Assembly (NCBI RefSeq): GCF_038025025.1
Contig: NW_027117341.1
Coordinates: 1,488,001 to 1,552,000 of the forward strand
From: Phyllosticta citribraziliensis
Lineage: Eukaryota
Length of the DNA: 64,000 nt
Direction: 5' to 3'
The position numbers were made by a program, and so were the translations under genes. Positions 13,696 to 25,392 of this stretch are shown here, in pieces; the stretch's first letter is position 1; each line of letters opens with the position of its first letter. The notes below the pieces were generated by a model. The model searched no databases. It was given only the letters and a program-made list of their open reading frames with translations, and had not been told where the DNA came from.

Positions 13696-15485
13696 ATGGC
13701 AACATCCATTCTCAGTTCTTCTCGATCTCCCTTTTTTAGACGTCTCACAAGCATTCAATCTCCATCAACTGTATCATGTACCCGCAAATTCACTGCTACT
13801 CCCCGTCGCCCGCTCATGCAGACCGAGGGTTTCTCTGAAGACCAACTAAGTGTCAGAGAAGCCATCTCCAAGATTTGCTCCAACTTCCCAGATGTACGCA
13901 ACAACGTCTCGGCGTGATACTACAGCTTGACATTGACTACGTGAAGGAGTACTGGGCTGAACGTGACGAAACTGGACAATATCCCCACGAGCTTCATGCA
14001 GCTCTGGCGAAAGATGGCTGGATTGGCGTTGCGCTTCCCGAGGAGCTCGGAGGCGCCGGCCTGGGGATATCTGAAGCCACCATGATGTTACACACCATTG
14101 CCGAGTATGTCGACCGATTTTGGGTCTGCTTATAGGCCGAATCCCACCACTCAAGGGCAAAGACCAACGCGGACCAATACCACCACAAAGAAGATTTTGA
14201 GGAGGGCAATTAATGGAGCCGCCTTAGGAAGGCCAACAAAGGCTGATGTTGAACAGAAGCGGCGCCGCAATAGCAGGGGCTCAGTCCATCCATGCAAACG
14301 TCTACGCCACACAGGTAGGTACAATAGACAACGAGACTGCCTCAAAGTCATGCTCACGAACATCCACAGCCCGTAGCCAAGTTCGCCAGCCCCGAGCAAC
14401 GGGAGCGAATGCTCTCAAAACTGATTTCCGGCGAAGCACGCGCCTGCTTCGGAGTGTAAGAATGCCCCACCGCCCTCCCTCCGCACAGCAATCTCACGAC
14501 AGCAGAACAGAGCCCAACACGGGCCTCGAAACCAACAAGCTCCGCACGTTTGCGAAGCGTGATGGCGACTCGTACCTCGTCTCGGGCCAAAAGATATGGA
14601 TATCGTCGGCGCAGGTGGCCACCAAGATGGTTTTGCTGGCGCGGACAGACGCGGGCATCTCGCTCTTCTTCATCGACTTTGACAAGACGAAGTCGGGCCT
14701 GGACCTCCGCAAGATTAAGAAGATGGGAGGTAAGAGTGTGGATGCTAACGAAGTAGGCTTCTAACTATAGAACTAAAATAGCTACTAAACTAACTAAGAT
14801 AATCTAGGTGTTTTTCGACAACTACCGCATCCCAGCAGACAGTCTGATCGGCAACGAAGGCGACGGCTTCAAAATGGTGCGTCACGCATGAACGCTCCTC
14901 GTCCACCGAGGATCGGCTGACTGATCCCCCTTGTGTATCCAGCAGGTTCTCCACGGCCTCAACGCCGAGCGCTGCCTCCTCGCCGGCGAGGCCCTCGGCC
15001 TAGGCTACGCGGCGCTCAAGCGCGCGACGAACTACGCGCGCGAGCGCGTCGTCTTTGGCCGGCCCATCGGCATGAACCAGGGCATCCAGCACCCGCTTGC
15101 GTCGGCGTACATGAACCTCGAAGCAGCCAAGCACGCGACGTACCACGCGACGCGCCTCTACGACAAGAGCCGCAGCGACCCGAGCATCACTCGCACCGCC
15201 GTTGGCGTGGCCTGCAACTCGGCGAAATACCTGGCCGCGGAGGCTTCTTTCAAGGCATGTGAGACGGCGGTATGTTTGCTACTATCTTCTGTTTTTGGTT
15301 TTTTGTGGGGTGTTTGTTATTGACTTTGACAGGTGCTTACGCATGGCGGCATGGGATATGCTCAGGAGTATCACGTCGAGCGCTACTTGAGGGAGTGCTT
15401 TGTTCCTCGCATCGCGCCCGTCAGCAGGGAGATGATTATGAACTTTGTCGGCGAAAAGGCGTTGGGCTTGCCCAAGAGCTATTGA
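13696..15485 (+). CDS. Acyl-CoA dehydrogenase, probably mitochondrial; 7 introns
   Basis: Spliced motifs: ALAKDGWIGVALPEELGGAGLG, CFGVTEPNTG, SGQKIWISSAQ, YARERVVFGRPIGMNQGIQHPLA, THGGMGYAQEYHVERYLRE. The R/S-rich N-terminus looks like a presequence. Confidence 0.93.
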
Positions 15486-15934
15486 TAGCCATACACCTGT
15501 GTTCTCCCTCTCGTTATCCCCCTGGCTTTCTCCTTTTCTTGATCAATCAAGTGTTCTGATTCTGCTCTGTCGCGATGCCTTTTATGCCTGTCCATCCAAC
15601 CAAAGATGACAGTGCGAGCGAAGTAAATAAAGCATCCTTTGCAGGCAAACTCAGTCAGCCGACGCTAAAAGGCCTCAGGCATGACAAGCACAACGATAAT
15701 GCAACGGAGCAATTGCAAATCTGGGGCGACAAGGGAAGCGCTGTGTCGTCTTCTCACGCACGATGACGACGACACGGAGAAGAAGCATGCGGAGTGCCTT
15801 AGCGAGAGTGCGGAGTACGTACATGTAGTAGGGTGACGCGGGGGCGGAGGTGCTTTGGTTGTGGGGGAACGTACGGAGTACGGACGTACCGTACTGTCCG
15901 CGTACATGGTACCCAGCCGACCGACCGACCGACA

Positions 15935-15980
15935 GGCCGACTGACTGACTGGCCGACTGACTGACTGGCCGACTCACTGG
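15935..15980. repeat. Tandem 16-mer GGCCGACTGACTGACT, about 3 copies
   Basis: Two perfect copies at 15935-15966 followed by a partial third. Confidence 0.85.
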
Positions 15981-16617
15981 TTGACAAAGACATCCGAAGC
16001 ACATGGGCAGGCAGGTAAGGTTTTTGATTGCAGACCTCCTTTCCACACTCTGACCACCACTGCCACGCCCTCCCAAAACCCACCAACTTCCTATGTAGAC
16101 TTCCCGCAAACCCACCACCCTCAACCAGAAAAAAAAAAAAAAAAGGCTTTCCTGATTCCTGATTCCTCTACTCGAGCAACCGACCGGCCCCTGCATCATC
16201 CATTCCCTCATCCCCTGGCCCATCCCTAGGCCAAGGCTCGGCGCGGCGCCGCAAGCCATGTCATGCCATTGTTGACATGACCAGTTGGTTGACCAAGCAT
16301 GGCGCCGACGTCTTAGCAGCGCGGGACGGGCCGGTGCCGGGGCATGGTTTCTTCGTTGTTTGTGGTCGGCGAGCAGGGGATGGGGTGAGTTTTGGGAAGA
16401 GTGGCAGTCGATGACAGCTGTAGTGACAGGAGTAGAAGTAGGAAGAGGTTCGGTAACTTATACGATCTAACAAGGCTTAGGGTTTTGTCAATGACAGTCG
16501 GGCTTTTTTGGCTTGCAGATTGGTGCAGTAGTTATAAGTGTTTTGCCGTGAGTAACTTTTAATCCTACGTCGTACTTACACACCAGGCATCGCCGACTCA
16601 AAAAGGCCGACTTTTAC

Positions 16618-17889
16618 CTACAAATACTTTTCCATCAACTCCTTCACCCTCTCCAACGGCAGCGCCTCAATGCTCCTCCCTGCGAGCCCCGTCATGCTCT
16701 CGGCCATGCACAAAGCATTCAAGATGGCCTCCTCGACCGCATCAGCAGTGGCCTCAAACAGCGAATTGATCGTCTGGTCATCGACGACGCGGACGCCCAA
16801 CTCGCGCGGCTTCCAGGGATCGACGTCGGCGCCGCCCGCCGTGACCGTCTGGACCGGAATCTCATTCGCGGTGCTAAAGGCGAGGAAGATGTCGCCCGAG
16901 GGGTTGTGGGCGTTGCCGCCGACGCGCGCCAGGCCCAGCGACGCCCGCTTGGCCAGCCGCTGCAGTTGCAGGGGGTGCAGCGGGGCGTCGGTCGCCAGGA
17001 TGATGATGATGGAGCCGTCCTTCTTGTCCTTGTGCGCGGCGATGGACGCCAGGCGCTCTTGTGCCTGCTGCTGCTGTGGTGATTCGGGCTGCTTATGTGC
17101 GGCGGCTTGGGCTTCCTGTTCCAGCAGCCGGCCGATGGGTGCGCCCGCCAGACGAAAATCTCGCATCTTGCCGTAATTGGCTTGCACGAGGACGCCTAAG
17201 GTGTACTCTGTTGTGGGGCGCTCCTCGGCGGAGTTGTGGGGAGCGGAGGTGGAGGCGGGTGCGGAGGAGGAAAGATCGGCGCCCGTGATGATGCGGCTGG
17301 ACGACCCAGTGCCGCCCTTGAAGTAGTGGCATATCATGCCTGTGCCGCCGCCCGTATTGCCCTCTGGCACCGGGTCGGCACTTGCATTGGAGATGCCTTG
17401 GACAATGTGGCCGGGCTTGACTGCCATTGCCGACACGTCGTTGAGGTGGCCGTCGTACGTTTCGCCGACGACGGGCAGCATGAACCAATCCGCTTCGCCA
17501 TTTTCCTTGTTGCGATATTGCTGGATGCAGTACTCGTAGATTCCTGAGTAAGCGGCCCCTACCGAAAAGCTGTTTGTCAGGATGATTGGCGAGTGCAGCA
17601 GCCCCGTCTCTTCAATCCAATGAGAACCCGTCAATTCACCAGAGCCATTGAGACGAAAGATGCCCGAGTAGCACGCATTGTGGAAAAAGTCGGCTCGAGG
17701 GAGGATGGTTGTCACTCCGGTGTTGACGGCGCCGTGGGAGGGATTTGCTGGTTCGACGAGGGACTGCGTGTGGCAGAGAACGCCTGGGACGTCTGTCAGA
17801 GAGTTTTTGGGGCCGGTGGAAAATCGGCCAAGATAGACATCGGGCAGTGCCGAGCGCACGCGGCAGCGCGATGAAGATGAAGTAGCCAT
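16618..17889 (-). CDS. Peptidase family S58 (DmpA-like L-aminopeptidase/D-esterase), intronless
   Basis: [52 protein letters not shown], the autoproteolytic G|S site [14 protein letters not shown] and [12 protein letters not shown]. First in-frame ATG is at 17889. Confidence 0.93.
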   Translation of the reverse strand: MATSSSSRCRVRSALPDVYLGRFSTGPKNSLTDVPGVLCHTQSLVEPANPSHGAVNTGVTTILPRADFFHNACYSGIFRLNGSGELTGSHWIEETGLLHSPIILTNSFSVGAAYSGIYEYCIQQYRNKENGEADWFMLPVVGETYDGHLNDVSAMAVKPGHIVQGISNASADPVPEGNTGGGTGMICHYFKGGTGSSSRIITGADLSSSAPASTSAPHNSAEERPTTEYTLGVLVQANYGKMRDFRLAGAPIGRLLEQEAQAAAHKQPESPQQQQAQERLASIAAHKDKKDGSIIIILATDAPLHPLQLQRLAKRASLGLARVGGNAHNPSGDIFLAFSTANEIPVQTVTAGGADVDPWKPRELGVRVVDDQTINSLFEATADAVEEAILNALCMAESMTGLAGRSIEALPLERVKELMEKYL

Positions 17890-18016
17890 GACGATGGGAT
17901 TGTCGACGACTTTGGGGCCTGAAGAAAGACTGGGGAACACTCTGCGAAGCCTGCTGGGCAAGATCAATGTCTCTTATTTGGAGCGACGTGAAGTTTAAAC
18001 TGCCATTGAAAATAAG

Positions 18017-18043
18017 GAGTCATTGGGAAGACTTGTTGAGTCA
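18017..18043. promoter_or_regulatory. Two Gcn4/CpcA (cross-pathway control)-type sites upstream of the DmpA gene
   Basis: GAGTCAT at 18017-18023 and a perfect TGAGTCA at 18037-18043. Confidence 0.5.
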
Positions 18044-18525
18044 CTGCAGTCGCTATCACAAAGTTCCCACCTGTCGACATGGTTCGCTTTGACGTGGTGT
18101 AGAATGGGGGCTGGGATGGATGAATTGGATGCAACGTCAAGCCACTGGTACGGACTGCGGTACGGGCGAGGACTTGGATGCAACATGTGGAGTCCAAGTC
18201 GGGACCGGAGAAGCAGTCTTAAGCACCAGGCGGCGCACATGACAGGTCAAGTCGTGGTGGATGATGCCATGGGGTGAGTGACGTACATGGCCGGGGAGAG
18301 CGGTGTCTTGTTGCAGCTGATACGCGGCAAGTCGTCGCTATCATGCATGCTTGCTGCACAGTGTTGACGTTGTGAGCACGCTCGCCTCACCTTAGCTCGG
18401 GTCATGGTAGAACGAGGTCAAGGGTGGGCTATGCTAGGTGCTGCGACGGCATACTGACGAGGGCCCTGTAGTTCGTTGTGGGTGAAGAAAGACCGGGGAC
18501 TGATGAAAGCGAGTGGGGCCTGATG

Positions 18526-18532
18526 GAGTCAT
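18526..18532. promoter_or_regulatory. Gcn4/CpcA-type core site upstream of HIS5
   Basis: GAGTCAT (reverse complement ATGACTC) about 120 nt before the HIS5 ATG. HIS genes are established cross-pathway targets. Confidence 0.5.
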
Positions 18533-18650
18533 AGCGACGGCCTGCCTCTCCTCAAAAAACGTCCAGTCCGTCGCCAGGAACACACCACGACACGACCTCA
18601 CCTCACCTCACGTCCAACTCCCTCCTGCCCTCTCTACCACACCCTTCACA

Positions 18651-20082
18651 ATGTCTTCCAACGGCGTCCGCAAGAACGCCTTCAACCTCGACACCTGCGC
18701 CCGCCCAAACATCCTGGCCCTCGAACCCTATCGCTGCGCACGCGAGTAAGTCGTCCATCACCACCGCCGCGTATCCTGACAGCAGCTGATGACGCAGTGA
18801 CTACAAAGACGACGGCACCAATGTCCTGCTTGACGCCAACGAGAACGCTTTCGGCCCCGGCATCGCCCTCGAGGGCAGCGGCAAGTTGCGCAATGGCTTC
18901 TACGGCGCCGAGCAGAACATTGAGGTCGACTTCATGGGCCTGAACAGATACCCCGACCCGTGAGCTCAACAACGACCTGCTCTGCAATTGATCATCCATC
19001 TGACAGTCTCTAGCCACCAAACCGAGCTCAAGCAGCTGCTTTCCAACCTCCGCAACACCAACCACCACACAACCACAAAAATCACCCCGGACAACCTCTT
19101 CGTAGGAGTGGGATCGGATGAGGCCATTGATGCCTTGATGCGCGCTTTTTGCGCGCCTGGCCGAGAGAAGATCCTCACCTGTCCCCCCACCTACGGCATG
19201 TATAGCGTTTCAGCAGCCATCAATGACGTAGGCATCGTCAAGGTGCCACTCCTCGTCGATCAAGGCTTCGCCCTCGACGCCGCAGGCATCAACGAAGCGC
19301 TCAGCGGCCCCGAAGGCTCGCTCATCAAGCTCGTCTACATTTGCTCGCCCGGCAACCCGACGGGCTCCCTCATCTCCAAGGACTCGATCGAAGCCGTCCT
19401 GAGCCACCCGACATGGAACGGTGTCGTCGTCGTCGACGAGGCCTACGTAGACTTTGCCGAGCCGAGCGCCAGCCTTGCACAATTGGTCAACGAGTGGCCC
19501 AACCTGGTCGTCATGCAGACGCTGTCCAAGGCCTTTGGACTGGCAGGCATCCGGCTGGGCACGGCATTCACGTCCAAGCCCATCGCGCGGTTGCTCAACA
19601 GCCTCAAGGCACCCTACAACATCTCGAACCCGACATCGGAGATTGCACGGCAAGCGCTCTCACCGCGTCACCTGTCAGTGATGAAGAAGAAGCGCGCGCA
19701 GATCATCGTCCAGCGCAACCGCCTGCTCAACGAGCTGCCGCACGTCCCCGGCGTCGGCCGCTTCCTCGGCGGCCGCGACGCCAACTTCTTGCTCGTCGAG
19801 ATACTGGACAAGCCGGCCGAGGAGGGCGGCAAGCCGGACAACGGCGTCGCGCTCAAGGTGTACGAGACGCTGGCGGTGCACCAGGGCGTCGTCGTCCGGT
19901 TCAGGGGCAAGGAGCTGGGCTGCACCGGCTGCCTGCGCATCACGGTGGGCACCGAGACGGAATGCTCGCGCTTCCTGAGCGCCCTCCGCATCGTGCTGAA
20001 CAACATCTACGGCGGCAAGACACTCGTGAATGGCGCGGGCGAGGAGAGGACGCAGGTGCTCGCCAGCGGCATCGTGGCGTGA
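18651..20082 (+). CDS. HIS5: Histidinol-phosphate aminotransferase
   Basis: ARPNILALEPYRCARDDY...LLDANEN, GVGSDEAID, PPTYGMYSV, CSPGNPTG, VVDEAYVDF and the PLP-lysine motif TLSKAFGLAGIRLG. Introns 18746-18797 and 18960-19013. Confidence 0.97.
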
Positions 20083-20622
20083 GAGCCGCAGCGTGACGTC
20101 GGACAGCCGCAGCCCTCCCTCCCTCTTTTCGTTTATCCACCTCATGTTGATGACCACCCCACCATCCCTTTCCTTACCCCAAAAGCGATGGGATCACATG
20201 TCCTTTCCGTGTATTTTCTTCGTGTCCCCTTTTTCACGCCGTCCTGGTCCTCCTTTTCGGGTACGCTAGGCGCCGAACTTGTTTTTTGGATAGACGGAGC
20301 ACGGGTATAATTCCCTTTTTCGGTCTTCGTTAGGGAAGATTATCAGCTACTACCAATTATTCGCTGCAGCAGCCAATTCGAAATTGTTTGCCATGTCGAC
20401 ACTACAAGCTGTGGGCTGAATTTGTTTATGTGACGGCTCATCATTTACATGCAGACGTACGTCGTCTGTTCTGCGACCATCTAGATTCTACCCGTGGGGC
20501 CATCGCGTCGCACAGAATCCAGGCCGGCTGGCCCCCTGGTACCTTGCCTGGTATAGGAAGTGCTCTGCTCAGCCCACCTCACCTCACTCACTCACTCACT
20601 CGCTCACCCCACTGCGGCTGTG

Positions 20623-20655
20623 CCTACATGCTCACCTACATGCTCACCTACATGC
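20623..20655. repeat. Tandem 12-mer CCTACATGCTCA, about 2.7 copies
   Basis: Direct tandem copies visible in the sequence. Confidence 0.8.
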
Positions 20656-22442
20656 CTACTTTTCGCTGCCTGTCACAGCTACTTACCTGCCTCTCACACA
20701 TCTCACCTCCTTCCCTGCCCTTCTCTCGCCGTACAAACACACTCATATATAGCCGCCAACCAACAATGAGCAAGCGCTGTTCTGCATACCTGTGCACGAG
20801 GTTAGGTGTAGGATTAAAAAGAAGAAAAAGTGGGAAGGAAAGGGGAGATGATGAGTGTGGAGATAAAGGGAGACAGCGTGCGTGTTTGGAGCATGGAAGA
20901 TTAGAGGTACGACATGTTGGTTTTCTGGGCGTTGTCCAGACGGCAGGCTGATGTTGGTGTCGCTGGTGACAGTTCAGATGGTGGTGATGCTGGAGTCGAG
21001 GAGGTGGACGCTAGAACGCATCCAGCTAGGTAAGGTAGATACATGTAGCTGGATGCCAGTAAGTATACATGTCGGTTAATGGCCAGCCGGTAAAGGAATA
21101 GAAGGACACGGAAGGCGGGACGGGAGCGCGGTTGCGGCGTCGCCGGGCGCTGGCGATGGCGAGGGAGACCAACGGCGCGGACTCTGATTCGGCGGCAGAT
21201 GTAATGGACCTTTTTTGTCGGACAGTCGCAAACGACGACGACGACGAGTCCCTCGCGATGATGCTGATGCTGATGTCGGCGGCTAGGATCAAGGGCTTTC
21301 CTGGGGCTGGGCTGTTGGGCTGAATCGAACTGGGCGGAGTGAGTACGGCGAGGCACCTACGCTGGATAAGGAGCGGACATGTAGAGCTGGGCCAAGTGCC
21401 GCGTCAGGTGGGGAGGCCGCCCTTCTGTGGTCATGAGTTCGCCGCCATATGCGCGTCCGGATGAGTTGGCCGTGGATGTCCAGTAGGCAGGCGGGCAGTG
21501 TGGCCAGTCAGCCAGCTCCGTCTGACGTTTGCGCGCTGATTGGCGTTTTGCGATTGTGCGAGTGAGGCGGCGCGTGCTGGCTGTGCGGTGCTGTGCGATG
21601 GAGAGGAACTCGCGTGCGGCGCCGTCAGTGGTCGCGTGGTGGATAGGTATGTAGGTATCAGTGTTGAGGTATGCGGAGGTTGAGTGAGTCGCTAGGGCCG
21701 TCTCTCAGCCCAAAGGATGAAGCGAGCGCGGGGTTTCCTCTTCATTCAACTTCTCAGCACTCGTCGGCCATCGCCGACCTCTTCGTCTCCGTCCGTCCGT
21801 CCGTTGCTCAGCGGACTTCCTTGCCGTGTCCGAGTCATCGCGTCCGTCGTCGGCCTCATCTGGTTCTTGTCTGAACAAAATCAAAAGAAATGGCCCTCCT
21901 CCGCTCTGCAGCGGCGCCGAATTGGCCCTCTGCATTCCTGGCAATGCGCAGCTCCCTCGCCACCGACATTTGGCCCAGCTGAGGTCCATCGGATCCATCC
22001 CATGGCTTGCCTCCAACCGAGTCCTTATCACAGCCATATGAGACCCCAGTTCCCATCACATCGTCGCCCCGAGCCCAGACTGCTCCCGTCACCAAGACAA
22101 ACCCGCCTTACATACATGTACTAAGCAGCCCCCCGTCCCATCCAGCTCTGCCTCGTCCACACCTCCGCCTATCTGTCGATCTACATTCGCCGTCCTTCTT
22201 TTCCCTCTCGCTTTTCGTCGTCGAACATCCATCTTCTCTCTTCTTCTCCCTCTCCGCACCACCACAACCCTGCCCCCAAAGCAGACATGGTCCATGCCTG
22301 TCCATCCCGACGTCATACATCACTCTCCCCCCGGAGACCCTCTTACTCGCGCGCACGATAAGCGACCGTTTTTAAGATCGACTGCAAAGTCCACGTACAG
22401 CTCACCCCTCTGCGGAGGTGGTGAGCTCTGTTCTCGCCGGCC

Positions 22443-24117
22443 ATGGTCGACCTCTACCCACGCGCCGTCTACGACGAGACGCCCCCGGAGCCGCGTTCGC
22501 GCGAGGCCAACCACCCGACCCTGCTCTTTAGCTGGTGGTGCACTTGCTTTTCCTTGGTCATCATCCTCTTCCGCCTCTCAGGCCGCTTCGTGCGGACCGA
22601 GCGCTTGTTTCGCGAGGACAAGGTCATGGCGTTGAGCATTATCCCATTGTTCGCCCGCATGGCCTTTGTCCATGTCATTCTGCTATACGGTACCAACAAC
22701 GTGGACGCGGCGGCTCTGTTTGATGAGCGTCGCATACGGCAGCACGAGATTGGGGCCCGTCTTGTGCTGTGTTCGCGCATCTTTTATGCTGGATTGTAAG
22801 CAGATTGCCTTCCAACATTTGACTCCACTGACGGCAGACAGCATCTGGACCGCCAAGCTCGGCGTGTGCGAGTTCCTGGCCCGCATGGTCAAATCGCTCT
22901 GGCGACGCGAGTACGACTTGATCATCAAATTTGTACGCCTCTTCCTGCTGGCGACGTTCATCGCCGTCGTCATCGCAGCCCTGGCCGAGTGCCACCCCTT
23001 TAGCCACTACTGGCAGGTGATACCAGATCCGGGCCCACAGTGCCGCCTCGGATATGCCCATCTCATCACCATGGGCGTGTGCGACGTCATGACCGACATT
23101 CTGCTCATCGCCTTTCCCATCCCCATGGTCGTCCGGTCGACGCTGCCCATGAAGAAGAAGTTTCGCCTCGTGCTGGTATTTTCCTTGTCGTCGATCCTCA
23201 TTGCCATTACCGCTACGCGCGTCCCGGAAGTGATTGAGCATCGCGGCCGCCAGCAGTACCGGACCGTCTTTGCGTCGGGAGAGATCCTCGGCGCAGCCGC
23301 CGTCTCCAACGCCATGGTTCTGGGGTCTTTCCTGCGAGACCGCGGCGTGAAGAAGCAAAAGTACAAATGGAACTCGAGCACCGACACGACGGATCGCGCC
23401 TCGTCGCGCCGCCCGACTCTGACCACGGTCCAGTGGGGCAGCGATGAGGATCTCATTCGAGACGGCGTGGCATGGCGTCTGGCGCCAGATATGGAGGGCC
23501 AGACCAAGTTCCCTCGCCCAGCACCCGTGGCGCTCCCGGCAGACACCAGCTACGCCGACCCCAAGCTGTCATTCATCGGCGGCGACTGGCACTTCCCCGA
23601 CGCCGCGTCGAGCAGCAAGCGAACCAGCGACGACGACATCGCCGTCGCCCCGCACGACGCCATCCACGCCAGACAGCAGCCCAACAAGCCCAGCGTCTCC
23701 TTCTTCGACATCGGCGGCCTGCTGGACGTCGTCGCCACGCCCCCGAGCACCGCGCGCGCGCCCTCGTCGTCGCAGACCAGCAGCATCCTCACCCGCACCC
23801 ACGACTTCGCGGCGCCGCCGCGTCGCGGCTCGCGCGCCCTCCTCAGTGACCTGGGCGGCTTCAAGATCGGCCTCGGTCACCGCTCTTCGCAGCAGGGGTC
23901 GTTGCAGGAGGGCGACTCGTTCGAATTGACGCCGCGGAATGTCTCGCCGGCCGTCAACGCGCCGCCGAGCATCGTCGAGGGCTGCGACGGCGAAGGCGAC
24001 GTGGGCGCTGCTCACATCAATGGCGTCTGTGGAGCGCGGAGCGCGTCGCGTTCGTCGGACGTGTCGTCTCTGCATCGTAAGGCGCCGACGAGCGAGGACG
24101 GCTCTGCGCCTCGGTGA
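22443..24117 (+). CDS. PTH11-like (fungal rhodopsin-domain) integral membrane protein without a CFEM domain
   Basis: Several hydrophobic helices, EDKVMALSIIP, ECHPFSHYWQVIPDPGPQC and DVMTDILLIAFPIPMV, then a long S/P-rich tail. Intron 22796-22841. Confidence 0.85.
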
Positions 24118-25392
24118 GTGGCGTTCTCCTCGCGTCGTCAGTTCTCTATCTTTCCCGCTTCTCTTTTGGTTGGTGTTTTGTCTCTTTAATGCGCACGATA
24201 TCCCTATGCGAATGATTCCCCTTTGCTTGCTTATCTTCTGGCGACGTACCTTACATAGTCGGCCCATGTATTACGAACGAAACGGACAGGAGGGAGGGAG
24301 GGAGGGAGGCAATGGTCATGAACTGATTGAATGTTTTCTGGCGGGGAGTTGGCTCTTTTGGCTTCACTGTGTCCATGTGTGTGCAGTAAGCCACTTCTCC
24401 GCGCATGTAGTGGAGGTGATTGAACCGATTAATTGATCAGTCAATCACTTTTGGTGTACAGTATGCACAGTACCTACAGTGTCTTATCTTCGCGATTCAT
24501 CCTGCCCAGCCAGTCTCTCTCGCTGCCCTGCCCTCCCCTCCCCTCCACTACTGGGCCTCTCGCCATCCCTTTCCTTTCTGCAACCTAACAGACTGCCCTT
24601 CGCGCCCTGCCTCCCCCTCGTGTTCAGCCCTGAGCGTGGGTACTCGCCGTCGAGGGCAGAGGTGGATCTGAGCGAGACGGAGGCCCAGACAGACGCACGT
24701 TCGGCTCAGCCCTGCACTGCACTGCACTGCACTGCGCTCACTCACGTACCCGCTCGCTCGTCGGCACGGCATCCGGACATCTCGTCTCGTCTCGTCTCGT
24801 CTCGTCTCGAGCCAGAGCCAGATAGATCCTCCTACATGGGTACGAAACGACTCGATACGAGAGGCGCGAGGCATACATGTGTGTGTGGCAAGCCACTCGG
24901 TGGCGTAGCGCGGGTAGACTCACTCCTGGCTGTGGCGTCCACCCCGTCTCCCTGTTTCACGCGGCGGCGTCGGTGGCTGTGGCGCATCCCTTCTCCCTCC
25001 CTCCCGGTTCCGCGCCGTGGCGCACCGCCACACCGCCGCACCTACCGACCGGCCGGCCCGTCGGGATGTTGAGCCTACGCCACGCCACGCCACGCTACGC
25101 CACGCCACGCGAGCGAGCCGACGGACGACGGACGGACTGTGCGGCCACGCTGCCTCCATGGAGCATCTTCCGACGTCACGGCACGACGTCACGGCACGGA
25201 CTTCTTGCCTTTCTTCGGCTCGGTTCAGTTGGTTCGGTTGGTTCAGTTGAGAGTGGACAAGAAGTGGACAGGGAGCGGCTGAGGCACTGGCTCACTCATT
25301 CCTGACGAACGGAAAGAGCTTGGTTTTGGTTTGTGTGGAGAGTTTGGCGGCGGCGCGGAAAGAGCTTGGGATTGATTGTGTGGGTTGCGAAG

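Noticed and set aside
18454..18510. CTGACGAG...GAAA and CTGATGA resemble a hammerhead ribozyme core
   Set aside because: Stem II does not close onto CGAAA and stems I/III could not be built.
20080..20310. Readthrough extensions checked for HIS5, the acyl-CoA dehydrogenase and MRP21
   Set aside because: None has a TGA-C context or ends in a canonical PTS1. The HIS5 extension ends ARV, the acyl-CoA dehydrogenase has tandem stops, and MRP21 ends HGR.
20679..20692. TACTTACCTG resembles the 5' end of U1 snRNA
   Set aside because: No U1 stem-loops or Sm site follow, and it lies within CCTAC-type low-complexity sequence.
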